DNA from: Octopus vulgaris
Lineage: Eukaryota
Assembly (NCBI GenBank): GCA_951406725.2
Contig: OX597830.1
Coordinates: forward strand, 44,082,001 to 44,146,000
Length of the DNA: 64,000 nt
Direction of reading: 5' to 3'
The notes beneath the pieces were generated by a model. It searched no databases. It worked only from the letters and a program-made list of their open reading frames with translations, and had not been told where the DNA came from. Positions 1 through 14,632 of the stretch are shown here, in pieces. Both the position numbers and the translations under genes were made by a program. The stretch's first letter is position 1. Every line of letters begins with the position of its first letter.

Positions 1-33
1 TTAATTCTCTAAACTTTATTGTATATTTAACAG

Positions 34-247
34 GGTGAACGGAAAACTGGGTTAACTGGAGATTCTGCACCGAATTCTTTAGAACGAGGCGAATATTTGA
101 AATTATATGAACAAGCCGAACAAGAATGTGAATCTGAGTATTTACGCACCTGTTCCCAGACAGTATCTACTGATAACTTTATAGAAGATTCCAGCTCCTG
201 CTCAGAACCTGATGAAGTTGAAGCAGAACCAGATTATGATCTTGAAG
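34..247 (+). CDS. Internal coding exon of an unidentified gene (acidic, Ser-rich C-terminal region); upstream exons lie outside the window
   Basis: Acceptor ...tatttaacag|G at 33/34 and donor GAAG|gtaagt at 247/248. Open frame GERKTGLTGDSAPNSLERGEYLKLYEQAEQECESEYLRTCSQTVSTDNFIEDSSSCSEPDEVEAEPDYDLE, ending in phase 1. Confidence 0.8.
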
Positions 248-759
248 GTAAGTCCTCCGAGAAGGTTCACATTTCATCTTGTTATTTTCATCTCATTGAA
301 TTTCTTTCCTTTTTATTTGACATTTATTTTTTGGGAAAAAAACAATCCATCATAGTTAGCAATCTAGTGATTTTTTTATTTATTTAGATGTTTGTATGAA
401 ATAACCCCCACCAAAAAGAATTTTAAAATGCTACTGACATACATGAGCTCCACTGCTGAAAGTTCAAATTCTTGTCTCACATAAATACAAAAAATTTGAT
501 TTATCACCATTCAATGTATAACATCTAACAAGTTAAAAAGTTTTTTTCTGCATATGATGAATGTACTGTGCATACGCACAGACGTGTACATACATACACA
601 TACACACACACACACATACACACACACACACAGAGTTCCAGTGCTAACACTTCATAGAAACAAAGTGAGGCCATTTAGAGTAAAAACCTCAAAGTGCAGA
701 GTCTGAATATCAATATGCTATATATGATATATATGTATATATTTGTTATATATATAGCT

Positions 760-1705
760 GCAGAAGGTCATCAATGAAGTGAGTGACCGGACATGCCTTC
801 AGTCAGACTTACTGGCCATCATCCAATGGGTGGAAAAGAACAATATGCTGCTGAATGAGGACAAATTTGAGTTTATCAGCTTCGGAAAAGAAGGTACCCT
901 GAAACTCCCATACTCCCTTCTTTCAGTTAAAACTCTCATGACATCCAACAACATCAAAGACTTGGGAGTAATTGTGAACAACATAAGCTGGGCCGCTCAT
1001 ATAAACAGTAAAGATGACATTGGCCCACAGAATGTGTTGCTGGATTCTCAAAACTTTCCACTTGAGATATCTATACATTATCCTTCTCTTCTCCATTTTT
1101 GCCTGACCCCACCTTGAATACTGTTGTCCACTGTGGTCTCTCACACAAAACAAAGTATCATGAAAGTTGAAGCACTACAAAGATCAATTACAATAAAGAC
1201 AGATAGATGGCATAACAGGCCTTGACTATTGGGGTCTACTAGAAAAGCTTAAGCTTTATTCTCTCCAATGTTGCTGTGAGTGCCACATCATCTGCATGAC
1301 ATGGAAGATATTCCATCAGCATTGTCCAAATGATGTTGGCATCACATTTAAGATACATCCAAGGGTTGGGCCCTGCACTGTCCACCCACAACGTAAATCA
1401 CACTTGCATCTCATAACAACAATATGGCATAATTATTTCACTTTGATTGGCTCTACTCTCTTTAACCTTACACTAAAACACATCAAAGCAGAAACAGACC
1501 ATGTAAAGTTCAAGAAGTCTTTGGACAAATTCCTTCAAGAAAACCTGGATAAACCTCCTACACCTGGATATATCTCCATAAACAATAACTCTCTGATTGA
1601 ATGGGCCATGTTGTCTGATTCCTGATTTGAATGACTTTGCCAGGAAGTGCTATTGAGTTAGACATGGCCTGGGCCAATACTGACAGAAACCTATCAAAGA
1701 GTGTC
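760..1705 (+). mobile_element. Degenerate 3' fragment of a CR1/L2/Jockey-group LINE (RT C-terminus and tail)
   Basis: LQSDLLAIIQWVEKNNMLLNEDKFE, IKDLGVI, EYCCPLWS, WKI...KFKKSLDKFL; frameshifted. Confidence 0.85.
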
Positions 1706-1710
1706 AAAGC

Positions 1711-2663
1711 GTGCGTGTGTGTGTGTATTTGTGTGTGTATATATGTGTGTGTGTGTGTATATATGTGTGTGTGTGTGTATATATGTGTGTGTGTGTAGGT
1801 ATATATGTGTGTGTGTATGTATATATGTGTGTGTGTATATATATATATGTGTGTGTGTGTGTATGAATGTGTATGTGTGTGTATGAATGTGTATGTGTGT
1901 GTATGAATGTGTGTGTGTTTATGTATGTGTGTGTATGTATGTGTGTATGTGTATATATGTATGTGTGTGTGTGTATGTATGTATATATTTGTATGTGTGT
2001 GTGTATATGTATATATATGTGTATGTGTGTGTGTATGTATATATGTGTGTATGTATATATGTATATATGTGTGTATGTATGTATATATGTGTGTATGTAT
2101 ATATGTATATATGTGTGTATGTATATATGTATATATGTGTGTATGTATATATGTGTATATGTATATATGTGTGTGTGTATGTATGTATATATGTGTGTAT
2201 GTATGTATATATATGTGTATGTATTTATGTATATATATATATGTGTATGTATTTATGTATATATATATATGTGTGTGTATGTATTTATGTATATATATAT
2301 ATGTGTGTATGTATTTATGTATATATATATGTGTGTGTATGTATTTATGTATATATATATATGTGTGTGTATGTATTTATGTATATATATATATGTGTAT
2401 GTATGTATGTCTGTATATATATATGTGTGTATGTATTTATGTATATATATATATGTGTATGTATGTATGTCTGTATATATATTTATGTGTATGTATGTAT
2501 GTCTGTATATATGTATGTATGTATATGTATATATGTGTATGTATGTATATATATATGTGTGTGTATATGTAAGTATATATATGTGTGTATATGTGTGTGT
2601 ATATATATATGTGTATGTGTGTGTATGTATATATGGGTATGTATATATATATATATGTGGATG

Positions 2664-2694
<31 letters not shown>

Positions 2695-2935
2695 CTATAC
2701 ATAGACATACACATATATATCTATACATAGACATACACATATATATCTATACATAGACATACACATATATATCTATACATAGACATACACATATATATAT
2801 ACATACACACACATATATATATATATATACACACACATACACATTCATATATATACATATATACATACATACACACATATATATCTATGTATATATGTGT
2901 ATGTATGTATATATACATACATGTATGTATTCATG
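1711..2935. repeat. ~1.2 kb compound (TG)/(TA)/(TATG) microsatellite that switches to (CA)/(TA)
   Basis: Direct inspection; source of the long CVY-rich pseudo-ORFs. Confidence 0.98.
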
Positions 2936-3897
2936 TTTAAATATGTAAGTACTATTTGAACAAGAGTAGAAGGTTATTCATGCTGGAGCTACTTGCTGCC
3001 TTATATATTTTATAAGATGGGATAACCTATGTTTAAAGAAATCCAAGTTGGTTCAGTGCTCATCTCGAGCAAATAATTAAACTTAATTCACTTATGCTGG
3101 TTAAATATTTCGGCAAGAATAGATTAAATCAGTGATTACCATGAAAAATATTTTAGTTTTCTTATTTTATATTACCCTGTTATAAGAATCTTTCAATTTC
3201 AATATCTGAGCCATCTCTGTTGTCTAAGCTATGAAAGTGATTTCTGCTTTTATATCTACAACATACCTTTGGCTCACTTTGCACCTGTCACTTTGGTATT
3301 ATCAACAAAAACCTTCATTTACTCCAACTGTAGCTTTATGTTTTCCATTCTTTTAAATTCATCTACAGTTTCCACTATTCTCTGTTTAACTATTTCTTGT
3401 CCTACTTTAAGTACATCTCTCTCACACCATACCTGTCTCTGAAGTCCTTGATCATGTCATTGTACATATTTCTTGCTGCCTCTTACACTCTTCACAGACT
3501 GACACTGTGCAGCACAGAAACTGAATCATTTGCAGTCCTGAACAGTCTGTAGAAGTTACTATCTACATTGATGGTGCACCTTATGTATCACATGGTTTAG
3601 TGTCGCCACCTGACACTTAGGTGTCTCCAGTAAAATCCACTCTTTTAGTATTCAGGCAAGATCTCTTGTCTGAGGATATTGAAATTATTCAATTATTCTC
3701 CATTTGTTCTACCAGTCGTGGAATGCCTGAAAAAGGTTATAGACACAAGACTTCCTCTTCTGACAAAACCTTAAACAGAAACCTCAGCATATTTTATCTT
3801 TCTTGCTTTGAAACTGGTTTGTGATGTCCCTATTCATACTTAACACTCTACTGAAACATTGTTATACTGTACTACTCACATATCTGGAATGCTACTG

Positions 3898-3936
<39 letters not shown>

Positions 3937-6900
3937 TTATATCAAAAGATTAACCAGCTGATTAACAAAAGGCTTACTCCCCAAAACCTATGAACAATGG
4001 CTCACTGATGCTGTTTCTTTGTCTCTACCTATTTACTGATACCTATAAGGCTTCAGCCTCACTGAACTAGTTTTCTACATACCACATTCCATCCAGGCTC
4101 CCTTGAAACACTCTTCTCTCAACCTTTTATTATCCCTAATATGTAGTGCAAGCCAAACCATTCAGAATGTATTTTTGTAATCCTCTCAACCACTTCAGTT
4201 ATTTTCCTGTAGATATTGGCTTACTTCACCAGTCTAAGAAAACAGACATATTTCATAAACTCTATTCTTCTTCCTCTGGACTGATTTCAATAAAAACAAT
4301 AAAACTTGATGATCAAAGTTTGGATAGATTACTCTATAGACCTGAAATCAATCTCTAATTAAGCAAAAATTATCTCAAAGGGATGAACTCTATCTGTAGA
4401 AATGTTATTTAAATTCCAAGTATATTTCCATTGAGGTTCTATTTTATTCTGAAATTATATAACCAACATAATTTCTTATTTTAGGAAACATTTCTAGTTC
4501 AGCATTGTACTGATCAAGCAAGCTCATGATCAACACCCTCATGATCTGTTCATTTTCAGACACAGTGTATCTAAGCCGGCATTGTCCAATGTCAGTAGAG
4601 TGTAATTTGAGGAAGATTTGATTGTTGTTTTTAGCAGGTCTGGAGATCAAATAGAAGCTTTTTTGTTGCTTTGTCTACTTTATAGTATTCATTAATGAAC
4701 ATAATGGTTAATTCCATTAAACTTGATTCTTTAACCAGTATAGTCCACATTTTTTGTTTAGATATAATTAAGATAATGTTTTGCATACTAAAATCTCTAA
4801 ATAAGGAAGTTGGTTTCAACGTATAATCTGTTAATAACAAAACTAAAATGAAACTATTAAATTGTTGTTAGAATAAATCATTAGTAAGACAACAGTTGAG
4901 CTCTGCAGTTTTGTATGAATTCTAATTACTTTGTTGTTGTACTGCAAGGGATTTCTTTTAAAAGTTTTAAGGACTATTTATTTACTTATTAAAATAAACA
5001 TCTCAAAAATATTCTTTAACTAATAGTAAATGATCTACTTGAACATCATTAAACAGCTAAGCTACTCTTGATCACAACCAAATTAGTGCATCTTTTCTTA
5101 ATCTTAGATTACACACAGAAGTGCAACACATGCATGAACATATGTATATACAAACACTTATATGTGTCAATCAACAATGATAATGGAACACAAAACGAAG
5201 AAGAACAATAGATAAAGCTATAGCTACACTTCATTATGATGTTTAATATAATAGCTTAAACATTAAGAATGCTAAACTGTTACAAACTCCCTACACTTTC
5301 ATTCCTTCTATGTTACCAAACTATCAAAAGCAGAACTTTTGTCTTATTAAACCAGTTTAATTTTTGTTGTTATTAATACTGTTATACCTGTTGCCAAAGA
5401 CTGGGGCTTTGGATTCATGTACCACTATTCTGGTAATATTATCCATTAATTTTTCTCTACGCTTTTTTTTTAATTGCTCTAAAATTTTATCAGATGACAA
5501 TAATTTTTCAGTAACCAGGATATGAAGACATTGCAAGTTAGGAATGTGAATCATGATAATTGTCTAATTAAAACACTTTGGGTTATGATAAATTTCAATG
5601 TTGCATATGTATTAAAGGTCATTTTAGTGATTGTCAGTTTATAGTGTTTGTCCTTTTGATTGGTCTTTGAAGTATGATTTAGTTTTGTCAAAAGCTGATA
5701 CACTTGAATGCTTTATAAGATAGTCTTGTAGGAATTCTCATTTTTGTTTTTAGTTGCATGACACTCTAGTAAACTTAGTAGTTCTTGTATATTGTGGTAG
5801 GAATTTCTTTGTAGTCAATTTTCATTCATGCAGACATGTTTTGGTAAGAATTCCAGGAATACTAAACGAAATAATGTTTTGATTCTAGATATTGGTATTG
5901 ATTTCAGTATTTGATAGCACACACATACCAATGTTGCCAACAAATTATTAAGCTGCATAAATAGCAAGGAATATGGTTCACTGTCTTCTTCTTTACTGTT
6001 TAAAACTTCACCTCATTCATTTGATATAAATTTGATTCAATTTTTGTGTTTGTTACTTCCTCTTCACTTGTTTGTATAACTCTTGAATTATATTTGCACC
6101 AGACCAATAATTTTTGTGTACACTTTTCATATCAGGGCTTGCACAAGCTATGTTTTATTCCATTTTCAAACTGTAGACCATCTAAGAGTTATTTTGCCTG
6201 TAAGATTCATTGTTTTTAGATAGTTTAGATTATTTGGTTTGTCTGTAAATAATTCATGAAATCTTATAAGATTTTTTATCGATTACATTTTTTGCTAAAT
6301 ATTAACAAGAATTAGTAGTTTAGAATACATGCTTGTATTGTGTTTTTATATCATAGAAGTTCAACTGCTTCTATTAGCGATAACTTGCTCCTTGCGGGGA
6401 CACACACACTCTGCTCATTGTCCTGTTTCCACAGTTTGGATGAGTTTCCCCCAGCATAGTGTCTTGCTGCTTGTGATCCTTTATCAACTTCTTGTGGCTC
6501 AGCTTTCACCACTTCTTCCCATGCCTTCTTTAACCTTCTCTTGCAGATTTCTTCCACGTAGTTTACCTGTTTTTTCTTCACCATCTATCGTCCTCCTCTA
6601 TACACATTCTCATGTCTACATCAGTTCAGTCTTCTCTCTTGCACTGCATTGGATTTCTCTATTTCCAGTTTCTTTGTTAGATCCTTTGAGTTGTGTTTGC
6701 TCACTTGTGATTTTTAGCAAAATACATTTAGTGGTGGTGGTGGCGGGCATGTTTACTTTGTTTCTTTCCAATCTTCAAACATCCTTTCTATTCAATACCT
6801 TTATTTCCATTACCATACACAAGCATCATACAATTAGCCCTCATTTCAGTGAGGGAATCCTTTTGTTATCAACAGAGATAATAAGTCCCTGAACTTTTTC

Positions 6901-8008
6901 CACTCTGTTTACTCTCTCTCTCTCTCTCTGGCTACTGTATATTTGGAATACCTTCCTCCATTGTGAATTAGGTCACCTAATTAACTAATGCTATCAATTA
7001 CTTTTAAGTGGCTTCTACTCTCTCTGAGTGTTTGAAAACATTTTATGAGCACTTTGTGTTGCTGACTACTTCTACTACACCTGCTATACACAAAGTTCTT
7101 TTTTTTATCTGTCAGTCTGCCTCTCTTGTACACCCATAGTTTACATTGTCAGTCTTGTCCACTCTTTTGCTGCTTATCAGCATGGCCATTTCCCAGATGA
7201 CAATAAAGTACTATCCCCTTTCCTCCTAACCAAAACGTTTGTCTTTGCTTGCTTTAATTTAAGACTTCTTAATTCTAGGCTTTGCTACCATGTTTGGAAT
7301 TTATTTTCTAATTTTTCAACAGAACTTGGTTATTGCTTTACAGAAGTTCCCACAGATATCATATATTTAACCTGTGATAACCTGAAGAATTATAATAAAT
7401 TAGAGTTGGCAGAGAACCAAGCCCTGATGGGCACTAAACTGCATTCAAAATTTCTTGCTGAACTTATTACTAACTTCTCACCTTATTGATAGTCTACTTG
7501 GATCTCACAAACCATTTATCTTCACCCTGTTTTCTTAGCAACAACCACATCACAGGACATGAAACTTTGTCAAAGGTCAACAGTCTTCAGTTGTACTCTA
7601 TCCTAGTTTGAGCCCAAACTGCATCTTATCAAAGCTAATTTTCTTCCTAATCAGTAGTGCTATAACTCTGGTTGCTTGATCGGTTTGATGCAGTTGTCTG
7701 TTCGTTTTTTTTTTTTGTTTTTTTTTCATGTAACTCCTTTGTTTTTGTAGCAGTTGTTAATGAGTAATTCATATGTATCCTACCTTTCTAATCATTTTCA
7801 GCATCTCAGTGGTTATCTCTTATGGTCCAGCTGCTTTCCTGATTATATAATTCTCAATTTTCAATAACTGGTTTCTCCGTTGGGTTTACTTGGAGTGGTC
7901 TCTCTTTTTACCATACATTCTCCTCATTCAGCAACCTTTCATGGTAGCATATTCATACGTCTTTCATCTCAACATTTGTGAAATTAAGTTCACCACTATC
8001 ATTATATA

Positions 8009-8145
8009 CCAGGTCATCTCATAAGTTCTGTGTGAATTTTGAATAAAGAAAACAAGTGATCAAATGTTATATTTAACTGAAATTCAATCATCAATATACT
8101 TTCCCTGATTATCTATGACTTCCTTCCATCTAATTACAAGCAGTA
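8009..8145 (-). mobile_element. Mariner-type transposon 3' end remnant
   Basis: Minus strand reads LVIRWKEVIDNQGKYIDD*, a typical mariner transposase C-terminus, followed by a TIR-like end. Confidence 0.7.
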
Positions 8146-8164
8146 TGTCAAATATACATACATA

Positions 8165-8327
8165 AGCACAGGAGTGGATTTGTGGTAAGAAGCTTGCTTC
8201 CAAACCACATGGTTCCGGGTTCAGTCCCACTGCGTGGCACCTTGGACAAATGTGTTCTACTATAGCCTCAGGCTGACCAAAGCCTTGTGAGTGGATGTGA
8301 TAGGCGGAAACTGAAAGTTGCCTGTCG

Positions 8328-8358
<31 letters not shown>

Positions 8359-8567
8359 TCACATTTTTGTATGTCTGTTTGTCCCCCCAACATTGCTTGA
8401 CAACTGATGCTGGTGTGTTTAAAGCCCCATAACTTTGCAGTTTGGCTTGAGAGACTGATATAATAAGTACAAAGAATAAGTCCTGGGGTTGATTTGCTCA
8501 ACTAAAGGTGGTGCTCCAGTATGGCTGAAGTCAAATGACTGAAACAAGTAAAAGAATAAAAGAATAC
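8165..8567 (+). mobile_element. tRNA-derived SINE (family A); related copies at ~12745-13080(+), 13262-13420(+), 15360-15765(-), 50450-50900(-)
   Basis: Head ggagtggatttgtggtaag...ggttcagtccc with A/B-box-like motifs, an internal (TA)(CA) tract and an (AAAGAATA)n tail; recurs in the window. Confidence 0.85.
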
Positions 8568-9444
8568 TGCCCAGCATCTCATCTATCTATCTGATATTGT
8601 TCTTTGCTCTTTTTTTGTTAATTCTTTTCAAGCCTGTCTCTTTTAGGCTCTATCCATTGTATGATTCTACCACCCTGTTACCTTCCATCTGCCTGGAACC
8701 TTGCTTCATCCACTAATTTGTAACTTGGAATGACAAACACGATATTTTCTACCATATCTGTTATTAGTCTGCAAGAGGACTTTATAGAAACTGTGCTATT
8801 GTTCATCAGTCCTGACTGTGATGCTTATATGTAAATCACTGTGACTACAACTAGCCAAGCTTGAATTATTGTTACATATTCTGACATTATATGAAACACT
8901 TTCTTCTGTCCATTTTTCTTTATTCATATGCTCATCTTCTTGTACCTTGAAAGTTTGCTCTTGCACTCCATCACTACTTTCTTTTATCCCTATCTCAACC
9001 ACTCCCACCCTTATATAGTGTTGGGTAGTTGTGTGTCTCTTGTATAGCAAGACACTTGACATAAAAGTACCTCCCTGTTTCAAATACTCCCTCCTACTTA
9101 GAAGCAGGAGTTTTTTTTTCCTTTTCCCTTTCCCTGATCTTTTTTGCTCTTTTGCCATGTTACCCAGTCGTCCCTCTTGTGTGGGTGGAATGAAAAAAGC
9201 ATTCAGTGCACACTGTAATGTTGCTGGCATTAGGAAGGGCATCCAGCCATAGAAATCATGTCAATAACTGACACTAGAACTTGTCACAACCCTGCAGCTT
9301 GCCAGATTCTGTAAAACCATCCAACCCATACAAGCATGGAAAGTGGATGTTAAATGATAATGATGGTGGTTTATAAATACCCTTTTCCAATATGATGTAT
9401 CTTTAAGAATCAATAAACAGTTTATAGTGTATTTCCATAACATT

Positions 9445-9722
9445 ACGACTACTCTACCTCAACTGGTCCAGCTCTCTTTAATATTATGCGAAAATACATT
9501 AAAACAGAAACAGATCCCATAAATTCAAGTTCTCTGGACAAATTTCTCCTAAAAATCCTGGGCCAACATCCTACATCTGGATATGTCTCCAACAATAAAA
9601 ACTCTTTGCTAGAGTGGGCCATGGTGCCCCATATATGACTAAAAGACTTCACCAGATGGTGCTATTAAGTTAGACAAGGCCAAATACTATACTGGCCAAA
9701 ACCTATCTATGTTATCTAAGTT
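9445..9722 (+). mobile_element. Short 3' fragment of the same LINE family as 760-1705
   Basis: Shared sequence (aaacagaaacaga...ttcaag..tct.tggacaaatt...gagtgggccatg...gtgctatt.agttagaca.ggcc). Confidence 0.8.
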
Positions 9723-10455
9723 ATTTGCAATCTTTTGTAATTTGCTTGTTATCAGATCTCTCTTAAATTTTAATATTTGCTGTAGATAGTGTAGATTGTT
9801 ACAGTCTATCAGTATCAACTTTGCTGGCCTTCAATACTTTACACAACATTGTTGGTGTTAGTTAACTATCATTTAATTTGGAATATCCCTTCTTTCATAT
9901 CTATGTTGAATCATAAAATTTGTGCAAGAACAATTTTCTGACATTGAAAAAATAATAAGAAAATTTTTGTAGTCTTTATTTTCTTTGTTGTGATTTGTAA
10001 CATTCATTGCCATCTCTAGAAATAACAAATTGTCTTCTGACTTGGGTCTCTGTTGGAACTAATACCCATCCATTTTACATCATCTGCTGTTTATATTCCC
10101 ATACTCTATAAATCTTATTCCATGCTTGCTTTAATATCCTTACTGGATGGTTTTGGTGGAAAGTTTGATCAGTAAAGAAGAGCCTGCACCTGTCTTGTTT
10201 CTTAAACTTCAAATTATTTTCTATATCTTTGAATATGGTAGTTACTGTTATAACTTCGAATTCTTCTTTAATCTATCATATTAGATTGTATCATGTACCT
10301 TTTTTTTAATATTGTATTATTTGCCATAAATTTTATTATTTCTTCATGGAAAAACATTACATAACTGTCATGAAAAAAATTATATAGTTGTCATTGTACT
10401 TTATAAATTAGTGATAATTTTCTTAGTGGTTCATGCTTCAACACTAATTCACCCA

Positions 10456-10655
10456 GGCCACTCACTCACGCCACTCACTCAGTTACGCCACTCACTCAGT
10501 TGCACCACTCACTCAGTTGCGCCACTCACCCAGTTGCGCCACTCACCCAGTTGCACCACTCACCCAGTTGCACCACTCACTTAGTTGTATCACTCGCTCA
10601 GTTGCATCACTTGCTCAGTTACATCACAAGCCCTGTTCCATCACTCACTCAGTTA
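10456..10655. repeat. 17-bp minisatellite (CCACTCACTCAGTTGCA), about 10 degenerate units
   Basis: Direct head-to-tail units with no spacers. Confidence 0.9.
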
Positions 10656-13129
10656 TAAATTCTGTTTACTCTCTTGACTCTAAATTCTTAGAAATCAAAT
10701 TCTAAATAGGATATACAAGATCTTTTATTACTCCTTTCTGCTGAAATATTAATAGAATGAAGAATTTAGTAAGATAACTTTGTCATTCTCTAGCTAGTCT
10801 TTGGAATATAAATTCAGATGAAATTTTGATTACTTTAAAACTGGAAGTTTGGAGCTTAAAACTAGGGGTTGTCTCAGTCAGACTGGTGTGAAGAGGATCA
10901 AAATATTTCAGCAGTAGTATTTCTTCTGAGAAAATACCTTATTTATAATCCAATTTGTTGAAAATATTTTAAGAACCTAGAACCCCGATTAACTAAGCAT
11001 AGTTAAATTCTTTAAAAGTGTTCTATATTATTTTCCCAAAATACAATAAGAAAGTTATTAATAAGACTTGATATATTTTAAAATCTTTGTAAATTTGTAT
11101 TTAAGTTAGAAATCAATATTTTGTGTTTGTTTTCATTTCAGCAATAAAGTGTGAGGTTGATATGTAAATAAAATTTTTTCTCTGCAATTTCAAACTGAAC
11201 TTGTTTTCGCAGCTCTGAAATCCTAAACGTTAATGTTGTTATGTGTTGGTGTTGGTGTTGTTGTTAAACAGAAGGATATATCAACAGGCAATGATATAAA
11301 GTTATCCTTTTTTTTTTTACTTTTACAAAAATGTAATGTATAATAATTTATCTCTTTTGATATGTTTTAGTGGAATGAGTGAATCTTTATGCAGAGGTGT
11401 GGAATGGTCTTTAATTATTGACTTTTTTAAAAATGCTACAATTGAAATGTTAGTCAGATGTAATAACTTGATTTCTATGTTAATTATCAAGCTGAGTTTT
11501 CTCTAATGGCAACTTTGACACTATCTCAATGGTAGTACTGTAGTTGTCATTTGCATTTCCCAGGAAACTGTTTTCCGTATAATTTCATATGATGTGTCAT
11601 TTCTATCTGTATTCCAGGCAGTGCAGAAGAGGACAGTCAGGATAGTCCCAGTTCTTGTTAAACTAAATTCCAACGTAAGCACACTTCCTAAATGCTTGCT
11701 TCCTGTGCACCTGACTTGGTCCTCGGGATGCCTTACAGAAATATACGCACATCTGAAAGGCATGTGTTCCTTTAGTTTGAAAGAGAGAAAGAAGGCAGTG
11801 CATGCTTTAGTGTCCAGCACTCCATAATGGAGTTCTAGCTGTGCCAGTGGAATAGATAATCCCTTTCTGTGTGTAATATATATATATATATTTTTATTTG
11901 GCTCTGTAATAGTTGTAATTTTATTTTTCTGTCTTATGTTTCAATTTCCCTTTGAGAAATTGCTTTCCTGCATGATTATTTTTCAAAGCCAACTTTTCTT
12001 TCTCTCTTTCTCTCTCCCAGTCACATAGATCTCTACTGATACACACACACACATGGTCTTGGTAACCTGTGTTTGTGAAATGTTTCAATTTTGCTTTTAT
12101 GAATTGTGAACTACTTCTTAGTTCAGTTTTCCTTTGACAATATATTAATTATTGTTTGTGGAATGTGGTGTACTGTCAATCCTTATCTTTTTAGTGTGAT
12201 CTCATCATTCTCACTTGGTATGCAGTTAACCTTTGTCTGGTGGTCCATCTTTTGCTTTGATGTACTATGCTTTGCTGATTGCTCTTATTCTTCCTCAGTG
12301 CTTTTTTTTTCTTCTTCTTCTTCATTCTATATCAAACCTTCTAAATGCTCTAAATGAGTGCTAAATCTACAAGCTAATTTCAATAGCTTTAAATAATATT
12401 TCTAAAAAAAAATATTATTTCATTTAAAAAATATAATGTTGCATTTCTTAAATGGAACTACAAAGAATTTAATACGTATGTAATTCTTTTAAAAAAAATT
12501 ACAAAACAAAAAACTGTACTCTTCTATTTTTTTTACAAATATACTGAATTATATTGCTCTGATTATTTATATAATACTTATATCATGTAAGATAATAAAA
12601 AATGGTAAACTGAATGAAATTCATTTCATCCAGTTATTGTTGAATTAATTGTTGGTCAATATTGTTTTTGAAGCTCATCAGCTTCATGACCAGTATGTAA
12701 ATGATATAAAACTTGTTATATTTTCTAGTTTGTGTGTGCGTGTGTGTGTGTCTGAATGGTTAAGAAATTTACTTTGCAACCATGTGGATCTGGGTTCAGT
12801 CCCACATCTTTGGTGAAAGACATTTTCTCTAGCTTTGGGCTAACCTATTCCTTGTGAGTAAAATGGAAACTGCATAGAAGCCCACAGGGTGGATTCTACC
12901 TGTAATTTAAAAGGTACAGCCTTTTTATTCAGTCACACTGATTCTGCCTAAGAATTACATTAAGGGTACAAAAAATGTCTGCGGAATACTCAGTCACTTA
13001 TTTGTTCATTCAGGAGGAGGTAAATCAGTTGATTAAACAACTCAGTCCTTATCTTTGTATGATGGAGATCCACCACTTGTATATGTGTGTATATTTGCTT
13101 ATGTGTGTGTTTGTGTGTGTATGTATGTT

Positions 13130-13191
<62 letters not shown>

Positions 13192-13422
13192 CAATTATAT
13201 ATATAACTCGTAAGCACTAGCATACACAAGCATGGTTTGCACACACACACACACACATGTAGAAGCATAGCTGTGATGCTAAGAAGTTTTCTTTCTAAAC
13301 ACATGGTTTTGGGGTCAGTCCAACTGTGTAGAACCTTGGGCAAATATCTTCTGCTATAGTCCCATTCTGATCAAAGCCTTGTGAGTGGATGTGTTACATG
13401 GAAGCTGAAAGAAGCCCATTGT

Positions 13423-13745
13423 TTTGGAGAAGGCATTTGACAGGGTACCATGCTCAGTAATTTGGTGATCATTGAGGAAATTAGGTGTAAATGAATGGCA
13501 TGTGAGGTTTGTACAAGCTAAATACTAAGATACATAAGTAAAGTGTTCTTGGTGTTAAGAAGAAGTCCTCCATTGTTCAGCCCTCTCCTAATGATCATAG
13601 TCCTACAGGCCATCACAGAGATAAAAGTTGGCAGTCTATGGGAATTATTAATGCTTAATCCATAAGGGAATTAGAAAGGAAATTCTAGGGATGGAAGATA
13701 AACCTAAAATTGAGATGCTTCAGAATAAACTTAGCAAAGATAGTG
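13423..13745 (+). mobile_element. RTE-clade LINE reverse-transcriptase remnant
   Basis: LEKAFDRVPCSVIW*SLRKLGVNEWHVRFVQAKY. Confidence 0.75.
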
Positions 13746-14117
13746 TATCTTGTCTACGGCAAGGAACCTGTTCTCTTTTGGCTTCGTTCATAGTTTAACC
13801 CCTTCAGCTCCTTGCATAAAGCTGCTTCCCCTTCTACTGTAGCCTGTCTCAGTTGAAGTAGATCTTAATCTTGCAAGTTGTATGGAGAGGGGGGGAGCTC
13901 ACTAGTGCTGGTGCCATTAGAAATACATGGTGTAAACTGGTTGGAGTGAGGAAAAGCATTCAGTTGCAGAAACTATGCTACAGCAGACACTGGAGCATGA
14001 TGAAGTTTCAGACTTGTTGGATCCTGTCCTTGATGCCAGTATGGAATATAGACATTAAATGATGATGTGTATAGATTTGCACGTGTAGTTGTATGTGTGT
14101 ATATATATATATATAAA

Positions 14118-14496
14118 CAGTAGAACCTTGCAGTACAAGTACCCCATTGTACAAGTAATTTGCTGTATGAGCTGAGACTTATGCAAATTTTTGTCTCGAA
14201 GTACAAGTGGAAATCCACAGTACAAGCACACAAATCATCCCATCTTTAAGGTAATTCAGTTAATAAAACCAGTTTACATATTTCTTTTGCATTTTATAAT
14301 TGCCATTTTACTTGTAACTACACCATTTCTGTTTTAAAACCCATAAAATATCATTTTTGAGTGGTTTTGGAGAGCTGCAATGGATTAATTATATTTTAGT
14401 TAATTTCAGTGAGAAAAATTGATTTGTAAAACAAGTAAATCATAAGACAAGCTCGGTCATGGAACAAATTAAACTTGTACTGCAAGATATCACTAT
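14118..14496. mobile_element. Tc1/mariner (Tigger/pogo-like) MITE
   Basis: Imperfect TIRs cagtagaaccttgcagtacaagt ... acttgtactgcaagatatcacta. Confidence 0.6.
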
Positions 14497-14601
14497 ATTT
14501 TCCAAAAGTGGAAAAATTATCAGAAAAGCCATTTCTATTCATTTTTTCAAATATATAATACTGTATCAAGGACTTTCTATTTCTTATACTATACTACTAC
14601 C

Positions 14602-14632
<31 letters not shown>

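Noticed and set aside
1701-2918. Long ORFs of up to 289 aa rich in C/V/Y/M/I or H/T/Y/I
   Set aside because: Translations of TG/TA microsatellite, which lacks stop codons by composition.
4100-7700. Possible ancient LINE or PLE remnants on the - strand
   Set aside because: Only faint motif hints (e.g. IQVY, ELEMFPKIRNYVG); too degraded to classify or bound by eye.
10456-10655. CRISPR-like repeat array
   Set aside because: Units are contiguous with no unique spacers, there are no cas genes, and the context is a eukaryotic intron.
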